From a virus, in IMG/VR virus record IMGVR_UViG_3300045988_115079: 45,653 nucleotides of DNA. One strand, given 5' to 3'. A model generated the notes under the pieces. The model saw only the letters and a program-made list of their open reading frames with translations. It searched no databases and had not been told where the DNA came from. Made by a program: the position numbers and the translations under genes. Below, one piece after another: positions 13,400-23,012 of the stretch. The stretch's first letter is position 1, and the number at the start of each line of letters is the position of its first letter.

Positions 13400-13861
13400 C
13401 TACGCCCTCCCGATGATCGTGATCTTGCAGCCGATGGGGAAGCTTCCGCTCGCCGCGCTCAGCTTCACGCTTTCAATCTTTGAATGCGCTGCGTCCTGAA
13501 TCGCCGAAAAATACAGCGGCGAAAAATTCTGCCATTGGCTCGCGCCGCCCATGCTGTCGATATAGCAGCCGGTCGAAACCGGAAGCGCGCGGATTTTGTA
13601 CGCCGAATTGACCTGCGGCGCGTTGTGCCAAACCGCCAGCACGTTTGTACCGTTGATCATCAGCGTCATGTTTTCGCCCGCCGAAGTCGGTGAAAATCCT
13701 ACCACCATAACCACGATTTCGGAACAACCGATGCCCGTCTTTTCGTGCGCGCTCTCCGCTGCAGATAACGTCACATCCTCGATCACCGTCCATTCGTTCG
13801 CGGCGTGATTCAATATCGCATCGATCTGCGCGCCGGTTCGATTCAATGTGTAGTTCGCCAT
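13400..13861 (-). CDS. Hypothetical tail-module protein (153 aa)
   Basis: Tightly packed ORF. Its start overlaps the upstream stop. Confidence 0.55.
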   Translation of the reverse strand: MANYTLNRTGAQIDAILNHAANEWTVIEDVTLSAAESAHEKTGIGCSEIVVMVVGFSPTSAGENMTLMINGTNVLAVWHNAPQVNSAYKIRALPVSTGCYIDSMGGASQWQNFSPLYFSAIQDAAHSKIESVKLSAASGSFPIGCKITIIGRA

Positions 13862-16140
13862 TAGCCTACCTCCAACACATTCAGTACATTGTCATTTGCA
13901 TCCAGCAGCGTGTTTCCGTCGCTGGTCAGCAGTTCCACCGTATCCAGCACGTCGCAGGAATACACCGCGTTGTACCGCACATCCCCGCCGCTGACCGTCA
14001 CTGATTTCACGCCCATGTGCGCCGCGTTCCAGATTGCATCCGCGTCCGGATCGTCGCCCGACCGCCGCCAGCGGAACCGCGCCGCAGGAATATCGTCCGT
14101 GCGCTCAATCGCGCCCTGATATACGCGCGCGGATAGTGTGGTGCTGGAACCGTCCGTTAAGACATCTGCATTCGATGATGTGATCTCCACGCGCCACACC
14201 GTCGCATCACCGACCATGATTTGCAGATATTCGTTCGAACGAATATCCATCGTGTTCAACTGATCAATAAACGCCTGCTGCGCAAACAGCTGCCCAACGT
14301 CGATTCGCGCCGCATCGATCTTGTTCACCAGCGCATAGGTCGCGTAGATGTTCGCGGCGGATAAATCCTCCGCCGTAATCTCCGTCGCCAGAATCACGCG
14401 CCCCGCGTTTGTGTGCCCCTGCGATATTTCGTCCTCCGTGACCGTGGTCAGCGTCGCTTCTACCTTCACCGTTCCGTCGTCGTCGGTGACCACGTCGATT
14501 CGGTAGTAATTCCCATCGCTTGCTTTGATACACAAATCGCCAATGGTCGCCGCCACGATCTGCGCATACCGAACGCGCAGGTTCTTGATAAACGCTTCGC
14601 CGGACACCGTGTTTTCCACGTTCAGCGCCGCCGAAATCAGATGCCGAATCGTCGCCGCGTCGAAGGATGCCGAACCTGCTGTGATCACCTGAAATGCCGC
14701 CAGCGCCGCCGCAAGCTGATCTGTTTTAATGCTGTCTGCAGTCAGCGTGCCGACCTTCAATGCGAATATTTCTGCAATCGATGCATATAACGCATCGGTT
14801 GTAATCGTTTCGGCTTTCAGCTTGTTGATTGTCGCGGTAATGATCGCCGCCGTCGCCGCCGTCAATGCGTCCGTTGTCACGTCCGATGCAGATATGCTCT
14901 CGGCGCGTAGCTTGACGGCATTGATAATGCTTGCCAATAGTGAATCGATCTTTGCTGTGGTTGCAGACAATTCCTCAAAGTGACCGACCGTTGCGCTGAC
15001 CACCGACTTATCAAAATTCGCGATTCGCGTAACGCGTATATTGCCGTTGCTGTCAATGATATTGCCGCTGGAAGTGTACGAACTGCTATTCGTGGAATTT
15101 AGCGTTGGTAACGTGCAATCGCTTTGCGCAGATAAACCGCCCGTGAATGACAATGATTGCGTATTGATCATCGTCGTGATCGCATCGCCTTTGGTATCTG
15201 TCACTATCAGCTTGTCGCCCACCTGCACGGCAGGATCGCCGACCCATCCGATTGACAGCGCGGTTATGTCTATGCCCGCCAGACTATTCTTGACAAGCTG
15301 CGCAATGCCCGCGCTGAACAATGGATTATCTTCAATGCGTATCGTATTAACGGGGCTGTCGGTTTCGTTCTCGTCAATCGCATAGCGAATGAATGTTTCT
15401 TCCTCGGCGCTAGCATCCTTGACTTCCAATGCATTGAATACGAATCTCGCGCCGTTCGATCGTGTCAGCGCGGTATAGATATCGCTGTTAATCACATGCG
15501 ATTCCCCGCTACCATAGCTTACGATTTCAAGCTTCCCATTGCGATCAACGCGCGCGAATCCTCCGGCGCAGGCGGCAATATAACCAATTACAGATCGAAG
15601 GGTTAATTCTTCCTGCCATTCCGGCATGGATGCAATCTCTACATCCGCATTCGTGAAATTCGCCGTCTTGAGCGATATGCCCGCCGCCGCGCATATCGTC
15701 GCTGCAAGGCTTCCAAAGGTCGTAGGATAGGCGGAAGCGCTGTCCGCATAATCCGCTTCGAACAATGTTGAAAGCGCGTCATAGCCGTTTATATCGATTG
15801 ATACGCTCTGTTCCGGCGCGGATACGTCGCACACATACCATACGCCAAAACTGGAATATACTGTCTTGCCGTCATCGCCACGCAAGCCAATCTCCATATG
15901 CACTTCCGCATTGTCGAATTGCTCCGGCGTATAGCCTTTGCCTACATTGTTGATCGTCAGACTGTACGATGCCGATTCCGCACTGCCCAGCGGCAATCCC
16001 TCGCTTCCGCAGGATTCGGAAATCGTGTAGGACAATACGTCGTCCGCAGTAAGATTAATCTGCGTTGCGTTCGTATCCGCAAGGGTTATTACGCCGCGTA
16101 TGCTCAACGTGCGCACGCGCTGATTGTATGTCATCGCCAT
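13861..16140 (-). CDS. Tail-associated (Tal-like) minor structural protein / tail endopeptidase-type baseplate protein
   Basis: 759 aa, second gene after the tape measure protein. The central A/T/I-rich coiled-coil region (SATTAKIDSLLASIINAV...TADSIKTDQLAAALAAF) is typical of siphovirus tail-tip proteins. Confidence 0.6.
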   Translation of the reverse strand: MAMTYNQRVRTLSIRGVITLADTNATQINLTADDVLSYTISESCGSEGLPLGSAESASYSLTINNVGKGYTPEQFDNAEVHMEIGLRGDDGKTVYSSFGVWYVCDVSAPEQSVSIDINGYDALSTLFEADYADSASAYPTTFGSLAATICAAAGISLKTANFTNADVEIASMPEWQEELTLRSVIGYIAACAGGFARVDRNGKLEIVSYGSGESHVINSDIYTALTRSNGARFVFNALEVKDASAEEETFIRYAIDENETDSPVNTIRIEDNPLFSAGIAQLVKNSLAGIDITALSIGWVGDPAVQVGDKLIVTDTKGDAITTMINTQSLSFTGGLSAQSDCTLPTLNSTNSSSYTSSGNIIDSNGNIRVTRIANFDKSVVSATVGHFEELSATTAKIDSLLASIINAVKLRAESISASDVTTDALTAATAAIITATINKLKAETITTDALYASIAEIFALKVGTLTADSIKTDQLAAALAAFQVITAGSASFDAATIRHLISAALNVENTVSGEAFIKNLRVRYAQIVAATIGDLCIKASDGNYYRIDVVTDDDGTVKVEATLTTVTEDEISQGHTNAGRVILATEITAEDLSAANIYATYALVNKIDAARIDVGQLFAQQAFIDQLNTMDIRSNEYLQIMVGDATVWRVEITSSNADVLTDGSSTTLSARVYQGAIERTDDIPAARFRWRRSGDDPDADAIWNAAHMGVKSVTVSGGDVRYNAVYSCDVLDTVELLTSDGNTLLDANDNVLNVLEVG

Positions 16141-16144
16141 ATGC

Positions 16145-16546
16145 TTATTCCTCGATTAGATTCACTTTCAGCGAATTCCAGAGAATCCCGTTCCCGCCCA
16201 GGTTATACGAATACATTGGCACGCTTCGATCGCCCGCATAGAATCGCGCCGTCCGCATTGCGCCCGTATATGGATCTGGATACCGCACATAAAAAAACTC
16301 ATCCTTGATCGCTTGAAGGATGAGTTTAATGTTATCCGGCTTGTCTGCGTGCCATTTGATTTCCAGTTTGCGTTTGGCTGTCGCGCCGCCCACCACGCGA
16401 TCGCGTAGCATCAATCCGCTCGCGCTTCGCGTGGTGGTTTCCGCATCGATATCCATCAGATTGACCGTAAATTCCTGCGGACAGGGCAGGGCGACAAGCT
16501 TGTCGCTTGCCGCGCCCACCTGAATAAGTGCTTCCTGTTGTGCCAT
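16145..16546 (-). CDS. Distal-tail-protein-position gene (133 aa)
   Basis: Called by synteny only: it lies immediately downstream of the tape measure protein. Confidence 0.4.
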   Translation of the reverse strand: MAQQEALIQVGAASDKLVALPCPQEFTVNLMDIDAETTTRSASGLMLRDRVVGGATAKRKLEIKWHADKPDNIKLILQAIKDEFFYVRYPDPYTGAMRTARFYAGDRSVPMYSYNLGGNGILWNSLKVNLIEE

Positions 16547-16559
16547 ATTACGTCACCTC

Positions 16560-19500
16560 TCAGAACTGAATCGCAGGCTTGCCACTGCGCACCGTTTCAC
16601 GGTTGATTGCATTGGCGATCTGCCTGTCGCCGATATTCACAACGCCCAAGCCGGAAGCCTTGATGCCGCGCACAATCGCCGCCGCCAATTCATCTGTATT
16701 GATGCCATCGCCGCTCTGTGCGGAATGCGCGTCCATGTATCGGAATATCGCTTCGCCGATCTGATCCTGATTCGCTACAGCTGGCTTGCTGCCGATTCGC
16801 CCGACAAGTTCCTGCCGCCCGTTTTCGTTCGCCATGAATAGCTCGCCAGACTTCGGGAAACCGCCGTTCGCGAACTGCGAGAACTTCAGTAGGTTGTTGA
16901 TCGTGGCTTTCGTAGCCGTGTCAGAAGCGGCTTTCAGCTCTTTTAAGAAGCTTTTGGCGCCAGAAGTCAAGCCAGCATTGACCTTGATCGATATTGTCTT
17001 GCTGGATATTCCGCTCAATGCATCCTTGATCTTCTGCACCTGTTTGCGTGCATTGTCCGCACCAATCATCGAAAATGCGGTAACTTTGCGCACCGGTATC
17101 TCGGCAATCGTTGCCTTGAGCGTGCCCGTCGTTTCATTCGCATTGGATGCAGAATCCGCAAGCGGCTGGAAACTGCCCGTGAATTCATTCAACTTCTTTT
17201 GAATCATTACGATGAATGAAGTCAACCCGCCTACAGCGTTAGAAGCTTCCGTTGCAGATTTTTTCACGCCATCCATCGAAGAACCATCAATCATGATCAC
17301 GTCCGGCATTTCATCTGCAACTCCACTTAATTCCCCAGTAGAAGTCGACAACCCATCAACTTTGTTTTTAAGCGTTTCCGCTTCCGACGCTATCTCGCTT
17401 GTTGAACCGCTTATAGATGTTGCAGCACCTGAAACAGCCGTCGATGCTCCTTCTGCATTCGTTCCAACAGTATCAAGCTGTTTAAGATATTCTGCCCATG
17501 TACCATCATTGACGTTGGAGATCATATCTGCAAGTAGCAGATCGATAGCAGTTTTTAGTTCATCCGTGGTTGCACTTCCGCTTTCAAGTTTCGAACTAAT
17601 TCCCGGCATAATCGAATCCAAAACAGCCAATGCAGATGTTTCGCTGAATTTAATTCCAGAAATTGCAGATAGACTTGAAACCAATCTGGATATATATTTA
17701 TCTGCATCTCCTACATCCGTTTTGATTCCAGGCAGATAACTGCGTATCTTTTCGATTACAGCATCTTTGTTATACTTTCCTTGATATTCTGCGCTTTGAA
17801 TGTCCGGAACAGCCGACTTGATCACAGGATACAATTTAACGCCGATAGAAAAACCTAAAACAGCGCCACTGGGGCCAAGAAAACTAAGTGCCGCCGCACC
17901 AAGCGTGCCCAATAATGCCTTTCCGATAATATCTGCAACTTCCGTTAAAGCGTTCTCACCTGCTTTAGTTTTATTGATAATTGCACCAATCTCTTGCGTA
18001 ATGTCGAAAATGGCGCTAAGCCCAAACGTGATTGCAGCCGCTCCAAAGCTTTTCCATTTAAGCGGTAATAATGCGCCGAGTGATTTTACAAGTGCCACCA
18101 TCGAAATAGCCTTGCCCAGATCAGAGTTAAACAACACCTCTGCCAAATTCAATACCACTTTGAAATCAATCGCGCTTAGAAAACCCTGAACTGCATCCCG
18201 AATCGGGCTTTTCCCTTCTTCGCCAGCGCCCTTTAGCGCGTCCGTAACGCCGTCCGCAATTGCAGTTACAATTCCGCCCAACGCCTTTCCAACTTCACCC
18301 CATTTAATGCCAACAATGCAATCGTATAGAAATTTCGCAACCTTCCCCGCAATAGCTGAAATATTATCCTGTGTTGCTTTCAGGTTGAAGAATTGCGCCG
18401 CTTTGTTGATCACGGTTACAATCGCGTCGCTGACCTTTCCGAAAGGCATAGTTGTGATCGCTGTTCCAAGGAACTGATTTACCTTATCAGCGGCAAGGTC
18501 GAAATCAGCGCTTGTCAAGAAATTCTGAACGCCGTCTGCCGCGTCTCCAATCAGTCCGGTTATTACTTTTGCAAGATCGCTTGCCGGAAATGTTGCCAAA
18601 GCCGAATTCAGCGTTTCGCCGATTTTCGTTCCGAGCGTAGCAAAAAATCCTTTGCCATCGCCAGTCAGCCAGCCCTTCGCAAACCGAATCATTGCGCGCA
18701 ATTTTCCCGTGATCGCGCGTCCAAGCATATCCACATCGATCTTGTTCAATGCCTGTACAAGCGTCCACTTGATCTTCGCGCCGATTTGCTCCCAGTTCGT
18801 ATCTTCCCAGAAGGTGGTAATCAGCGTCGCCGCTGTATTGATTACGCCCGCGATCGCGCTTGCAACAAGGTTTGCGTCGATTCCGTCCTTGCCTTTAATT
18901 CCCTCTTCACCAAGGAAAAAACCATTGATTGCCGTGGCGATTGCGTGACCGATGTTCTTTGCGCCAGTTTGCACGTCCTGCCACTTGATCTTTGCAAGCG
19001 CTTTATTGATCTTATCTGCAATGCGCTGTCCGAGCGGGCTAAAATCCATCTTAGCCAGCATGTCCTTCATCCAGCCTTCGATTGGCACGGTTTCAAACAT
19101 TCCGCCGTAGTCCAGACCTCCGCCGCCACCACCGCCACCGCCGCCGCCGTTGGGCGAAAGCGCGTTGATTTCATCAAAGCCCATCAGTTCCTGCTTCAGC
19201 GCCTTTGCAGCGCCGCCAGCCGCGCCGGTCGCTTTCGTGAAATCCTTCGTCTGCTTTGTCGCGCGAATGTATGTTCCCTTGCCGCCCAGCAATGAGAACA
19301 GCATGTTCAGCACATTCAAGGCGCGCACAACCACACCCACCAGCGAACTGAATATGCCAATCAGCGATGATATGGCAGGATACAATGCCGCGCCCAGCGA
19401 ATTCTTCAGGTATAGCGATCCGGTGGATAACTGCGATAGCGCCGCATTCGCTTCAGCACTGTAATGCGCTATGTTTTGCAAGCCCGTCTTGATTCCGCTT

Positions 19501-20144
19501 GTAATGCTCTTGATGATCGAACGCAGGAATCGATACTTCGCGATTCGTGCAAGACTGCTCAGGAACTGCGAACTGCCGATGTGCCCAAGCCCGAATCCCT
19601 TGTACAATTCACGCATAGCGGAAGACAATCCGTGCATGGCTTCCGTTGCCCCTCTGCCCGCAAGACGCAGGGATGTGCCAAGGTTCTTTTTCAAGCTGTC
19701 AGCATAGGTATTCATAAATACAGAAGTCAAATTGCCACTGCGTCTACTCATACCGCCGCTGCCTGTAGCTGAATCTGACATAGGAACTTCTATATCGATC
19801 TTCGGCATATCGGACAGTTTGCCTAACGCATTTCCAAGCCGTTCAATCTTCGAAATCGATTCCTCTGATATCGAATCAACAGCAGCTGCAATGCTACTCA
19901 ATCCTTGTATGATTCCATCAGCAAACTTACGATTCATTTTAAAATTGCTCATTGCATTCGAAAGTGAACTCGTAAGATTCGTTACGCTTTGCAATGATTG
20001 AGTTATCCTTGATACATCCAGTGCAGCCAAGGACGTTTGCAAGGCTTTTAATGATTTCGTTAGTGTTGTTATACTACCGCTAGCAGCACTGGATTCTGCG
20101 CTGATTGTCAGATTCAGCGATTCGAAATCAGCCATTTTCATCAC
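16560..20144 (-). CDS. Tail tape measure protein
   Basis: 1194 aa, follows the chaperone pair. Long helical/Ala-Gly-Ser-rich sequence with hydrophobic central segments and an 11-Gly run. Confidence 0.85.
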   Translation of the reverse strand: MMKMADFESLNLTISAESSAASGSITTLTKSLKALQTSLAALDVSRITQSLQSVTNLTSSLSNAMSNFKMNRKFADGIIQGLSSIAAAVDSISEESISKIERLGNALGKLSDMPKIDIEVPMSDSATGSGGMSRRSGNLTSVFMNTYADSLKKNLGTSLRLAGRGATEAMHGLSSAMRELYKGFGLGHIGSSQFLSSLARIAKYRFLRSIIKSITSGIKTGLQNIAHYSAEANAALSQLSTGSLYLKNSLGAALYPAISSLIGIFSSLVGVVVRALNVLNMLFSLLGGKGTYIRATKQTKDFTKATGAAGGAAKALKQELMGFDEINALSPNGGGGGGGGGGGLDYGGMFETVPIEGWMKDMLAKMDFSPLGQRIADKINKALAKIKWQDVQTGAKNIGHAIATAINGFFLGEEGIKGKDGIDANLVASAIAGVINTAATLITTFWEDTNWEQIGAKIKWTLVQALNKIDVDMLGRAITGKLRAMIRFAKGWLTGDGKGFFATLGTKIGETLNSALATFPASDLAKVITGLIGDAADGVQNFLTSADFDLAADKVNQFLGTAITTMPFGKVSDAIVTVINKAAQFFNLKATQDNISAIAGKVAKFLYDCIVGIKWGEVGKALGGIVTAIADGVTDALKGAGEEGKSPIRDAVQGFLSAIDFKVVLNLAEVLFNSDLGKAISMVALVKSLGALLPLKWKSFGAAAITFGLSAIFDITQEIGAIINKTKAGENALTEVADIIGKALLGTLGAAALSFLGPSGAVLGFSIGVKLYPVIKSAVPDIQSAEYQGKYNKDAVIEKIRSYLPGIKTDVGDADKYISRLVSSLSAISGIKFSETSALAVLDSIMPGISSKLESGSATTDELKTAIDLLLADMISNVNDGTWAEYLKQLDTVGTNAEGASTAVSGAATSISGSTSEIASEAETLKNKVDGLSTSTGELSGVADEMPDVIMIDGSSMDGVKKSATEASNAVGGLTSFIVMIQKKLNEFTGSFQPLADSASNANETTGTLKATIAEIPVRKVTAFSMIGADNARKQVQKIKDALSGISSKTISIKVNAGLTSGAKSFLKELKAASDTATKATINNLLKFSQFANGGFPKSGELFMANENGRQELVGRIGSKPAVANQDQIGEAIFRYMDAHSAQSGDGINTDELAAAIVRGIKASGLGVVNIGDRQIANAINRETVRSGKPAIQF

Positions 20145-20457
20145 CGTCCTTATTTTTGGGTATCATCGCATTGAAGAATTCAATTGCCTTCCGGCGTTCT
20201 TCCTCTTGTCGCGCCTTTTCTTCTTCCTCGGTAAACGGGATTATTCTATACGGTTCTTCCAGCCAGTTCATCGGCTGCGTACCCTTTTTCCGGAAGCTGT
20301 TGGCAAGCGCGAGTGAAACCGCATCGAACATATATCGTCCTTCGATATACATCTTTGTTTCCATTTCGCGCTTGCGCAATCGGTCAGCATCTACAAAAGC
20401 GCGCAAAAGGCGCGGAGTAAGCCGCCAGAAAGTGCAATACTCCACGCCGATGCTCAT
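20128..20457 (-). CDS. Tail assembly chaperone, downstream (gpT-like) part; probably expressed as a -1 frameshift fusion with 20493..20831
   Basis: The reading frame is open upstream of its ATG all the way back to the slippery site at 20568-20574, in the -1 frame of the upstream gene. Confidence 0.7.
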   Translation of the reverse strand: MSIGVEYCTFWRLTPRLLRAFVDADRLRKREMETKMYIEGRYMFDAVSLALANSFRKKGTQPMNWLEEPYRIIPFTEEEEKARQEEERRKAIEFFNAMIPKNKDGDENG

Positions 20458-20492
20458 AGCGTAAGGAAGATAATCTTCAATAATGATGGTCG

Positions 20493-20831
20493 TTAGGTTT
20501 CGCTGATCTCCTCGATCTCCGCTGCTTCCGTCGCTTCCTGTTCCTCGCTGTTCTTGCGCAGTGCCTGAAAAAAACCGGATTCCTCAACCTTTGCGTTAAA
20601 GTCCTCGATGATTTCTTTCAGGTTGCCGCCCGCCACGATGTGCGCTTCAATTTCCCGACCGGCAATTTCAATGGGCTTGCGCATGCACAGCGCGATATAC
20701 GCGCGCAGGGTAGACATGATATTCGTGCTGATTTCGCTGATCGGCGCGCCCATGCGCTCCATCCTGCATACGTTGTTGAAATCCAGTTCAACCGCCTTGT
20801 AGGTCTTTCCATTGATCGTGATCATATCCAT
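20493..20831 (-). CDS. Tail assembly chaperone (gpG-like)
   Basis: 112 aa acidic protein between the major tail protein and the tape measure protein. Contains GGT TTT TTT near its 3' end. Confidence 0.75.
   Translation of the reverse strand: MDMITINGKTYKAVELDFNNVCRMERMGAPISEISTNIMSTLRAYIALCMRKPIEIAGREIEAHIVAGGNLKEIIEDFNAKVEESGFFQALRKNSEEQEATEAAEIEEISET
20568..20574 (-). promoter_or_regulatory. Programmed -1 ribosomal frameshift slippery heptamer T_TTT_TTT
   Basis: The minus strand reads GGT TTT TTT CAG in the zero frame. I translated the -1 frame by hand (SGTAQEQRGTGSDGSSGDRGDQRNLTTIIIEDYLPYA-MSIGVEY...). It has no stop and joins ORF 20128..20457 in frame. Confidence 0.75.
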
Positions 20832-20856
20832 ATTAGATTATCCTCCTATTGATGAA

Positions 20857-21336
20857 TTAGGTGTTCGAATCGGTAGGTGCAATTGCGGTATCCCAGCCAA
20901 TATCACCGGTGGGCGTTACGTAAGCTTCGATCTCCAGATGCGAAGATACTTCAGCACCGCCAAAACCAAGCGGCGCAGGCTCACAGGTAAAGAAAAATGC
21001 ATCCGTCATTTCAGGGATGTAAAATTCGCACCATGCCGCCTTGCTCGCGGCTTTCGCGGTCTTGTAATCATCAACAAACTTTGCCCATGCGGTCTTGAAG
21101 TCGTTGTTCAGCGAAAACTTGATCGCCAGCGCGCCGCCCGTGTCCTTCAGACCGTTAATGTATTCCTTCCATTCGGTCGCGTCCAGCGGCGTAACGTCGA
21201 TGTTTTCCGGCGTGGGGTTCAACGCGGGAAGGCTCATTGCGCGCTTAATGCGTGTGAACGCAGTCGGCTTCGTACCAGCAGTCGTTTCGATTGCATAACC
21301 GAACTGAATGCCCGCAGTAGATAGGGAAATTGCCAT
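20857..21336 (-). CDS. Major tail protein
   Basis: 159 aa, position between the tail terminator and the chaperones. N-terminus AISLSTAGIQFGYAIETTAGTKPT is typical of siphovirus major tail proteins. Confidence 0.7.
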   Translation of the reverse strand: MAISLSTAGIQFGYAIETTAGTKPTAFTRIKRAMSLPALNPTPENIDVTPLDATEWKEYINGLKDTGGALAIKFSLNNDFKTAWAKFVDDYKTAKAASKAAWCEFYIPEMTDAFFFTCEPAPLGFGGAEVSSHLEIEAYVTPTGDIGWDTAIAPTDSNT

Positions 21337-21342
21337 GTCGTA

Positions 21343-21792
21343 TTACCTCCTGTATATCATTACTTCGTTCGCGGCTCCTGAATAGCTCTCACCAGCTACG
21401 CCGCGATAGCTGGATGTGATTACGAATACCGTTGATTCGTTCGTTCCGAAGGTGTATTGCTTAGAGCCGCGAAAAAAACCAAGCGCAATCAAATGATCAT
21501 CGATTGCGCTTGCGATTTCTTTGGCTTTTTGCTTTTTTCCGGTTGCATCGTTCGTGTACACTTCAACGGTGTATCGAACGTTGATATGATGTTCGCCCTG
21601 CTCATCACAGGTCGATTGTAATGTGGAATTGGATGATTCGTAGATCATTACGCACGGGAAGCACGGCGGAGTGTTCAGATGCACGCTTCGAATTGCATCT
21701 GCTTTCAGCTTGAATCGCTTTTTCAGCATCTGCGATACGCTATCGATTACCGCATTCTCAATATCGATTACCACATTCTCAATATCGATCAT
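21343..21792 (-). CDS. Tail terminator / tail completion protein candidate
   Basis: Called by synteny: 149 aa, upstream of the major tail protein. Confidence 0.5.
   Translation of the reverse strand: MIDIENVVIDIENAVIDSVSQMLKKRFKLKADAIRSVHLNTPPCFPCVMIYESSNSTLQSTCDEQGEHHINVRYTVEVYTNDATGKKQKAKEIASAIDDHLIALGFFRGSKQYTFGTNESTVFVITSSYRGVAGESYSGAANEVMIYRR
21742..21792. repeat. 21-bp tandem duplication at the 5' end of CDS 21343..21792
   Basis: atcgattacc(g/a)cattctcaat occurs twice, plus a partial copy, giving MIDIENVVIDIENAVID. Confidence 0.9.
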
Positions 21793-22307
21793 CCGAACAC
21801 CCCCTGTACTACGCTGCTGAAATTGGCGCGCATTGCTTCCACCGCTGCCGGAAACGCATTTGCGGGCGGGTTGCCGTCCGTTCGATATAGCGTTCCGCGC
21901 GGTGTGGATGCAATGAATTCACCTGCATTTCCGCCCTCACCGATATACTTCCAAGGCGGGTTTGCGCCCTTGCCCTTGCCATACGTGCCATGCGCAGGCG
22001 CGCCAACCTGACCGGCGTATTCGCCCAGCGGATAACCTGCGCCAGTACCGAATTCGATAAATCCAAGTACAGAGCCGTTCGCAGACAGCCTGTAGCCGCC
22101 TTCTACCGGCTCCGAACTTACTTGTATATCATTCGTACCCGCGTATGCAGCGGCGCTATACGTGGCGTTTAGAACGTCATTGCCAATCTTTGCAAGCTGT
22201 TCGCAAACATCAAAGCACATATCCTTGAATCGCGCTGCGTAATTCTCCAATTGCGAGATCGCCGAATTCAATGAAGATGCGTCGTTCAGGCTGATATTGA
22301 TGTTCAT
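21789..22307 (-). CDS. Head-tail joining / HK97 gp10-like neck protein candidate
   Basis: Called by synteny (172 aa). Contains a FIEFGTG motif typical of gp10-like proteins (from memory). Confidence 0.5.
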   Translation of the reverse strand: MNINISLNDASSLNSAISQLENYAARFKDMCFDVCEQLAKIGNDVLNATYSAAAYAGTNDIQVSSEPVEGGYRLSANGSVLGFIEFGTGAGYPLGEYAGQVGAPAHGTYGKGKGANPPWKYIGEGGNAGEFIASTPRGTLYRTDGNPPANAFPAAVEAMRANFSSVVQGVFG

Positions 22308-22657
22308 GTGTTCACCCTCGCGATTGCAATGCGCACGCCGTTAATCGATTTCGCAATGCGTTTAACGACATAATCCGGTCGTTCAGCCGTCAGATCGTCC
22401 ACCCATAATTGCGAATTCTCGTCCATCCCGAAATCCGTTTCCGCAATAATGATCCTGTCATACTCGATGTTTGCGCCGAATGCTCGTTCATGCGATTCTC
22501 CGGTCGCAGGTGAAATGCTTGCGCGCGCTGAAATCGGCGCAGAAAAAACAGGCGTGTATTCGCCTGTTTCAAAGCCATCGGGATCAAGTACCGGAACTGT
22601 GCTATCCGTCAATAACCGGTACTTGAATTCCTGCTTATTCCGATTCAGCATCCGCAT
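22304..22657 (-). CDS. Head closure / head-tail adaptor candidate
   Basis: Called by synteny (117 aa). Confidence 0.5.
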   Translation of the reverse strand: MRMLNRNKQEFKYRLLTDSTVPVLDPDGFETGEYTPVFSAPISARASISPATGESHERAFGANIEYDRIIIAETDFGMDENSQLWVDDLTAERPDYVVKRIAKSINGVRIAIARVNT

Positions 22658-22985
22658 TGTTTCGCCCCGTTCCTACCATCGGTACAATCTCATTCAGCAA
22701 TGATTCCGAAATCCAACTGGATTCATAGGTTCGCTGAACGCCGTTCTCAGAATGGCTCATCTGCCCCTCCGCGCCCATGCGATTGTACATATCCATTGCG
22801 ATTCGAATCTGCAAGTCCTCATATTGCGACGGCATTTCCGCATCCTCGGAATAGCCGAAGGGGAACCTGCGCGCCATGATCGCGGATTCGGCGGATGCAA
22901 GCAGTTCGGATAATAATTCGATTTCATCATCCTTGCCCAGCCCAAGCCGCACTTGTAATCTTCTGATTGTAGTTGCCATGATCAC
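22635..22985 (-). CDS. Head-tail connector (gp6-like) candidate
   Basis: Called by synteny, immediately after the major capsid gene (116 aa). Confidence 0.5.
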   Translation of the reverse strand: MIMATTIRRLQVRLGLGKDDEIELLSELLASAESAIMARRFPFGYSEDAEMPSQYEDLQIRIAMDMYNRMGAEGQMSHSENGVQRTYESSWISESLLNEIVPMVGTGRNNADAESE

Positions 22986-23012
22986 AGATCCCCCTTATCC
23001 GTTATTGGTCAA

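Noticed and set aside
19118-19148. GC-rich run encoding 11 glycines as a possible slippage/phase-variation tract
   Set aside because: The DNA is a mix of GGC/GGT/GGA codons (ccgccgccaccaccgcc...), not a homopolymer or perfect short repeat. It is probably just a flexible linker in the tape measure protein.
17212-19772. Multiple plus-strand ORFs (for example 18393..19295, 300 aa) inside the tape measure gene
   Set aside because: They are antisense shadows within a 3.6-kb continuous minus-strand ORF. They have no RBSs and low-complexity translations.
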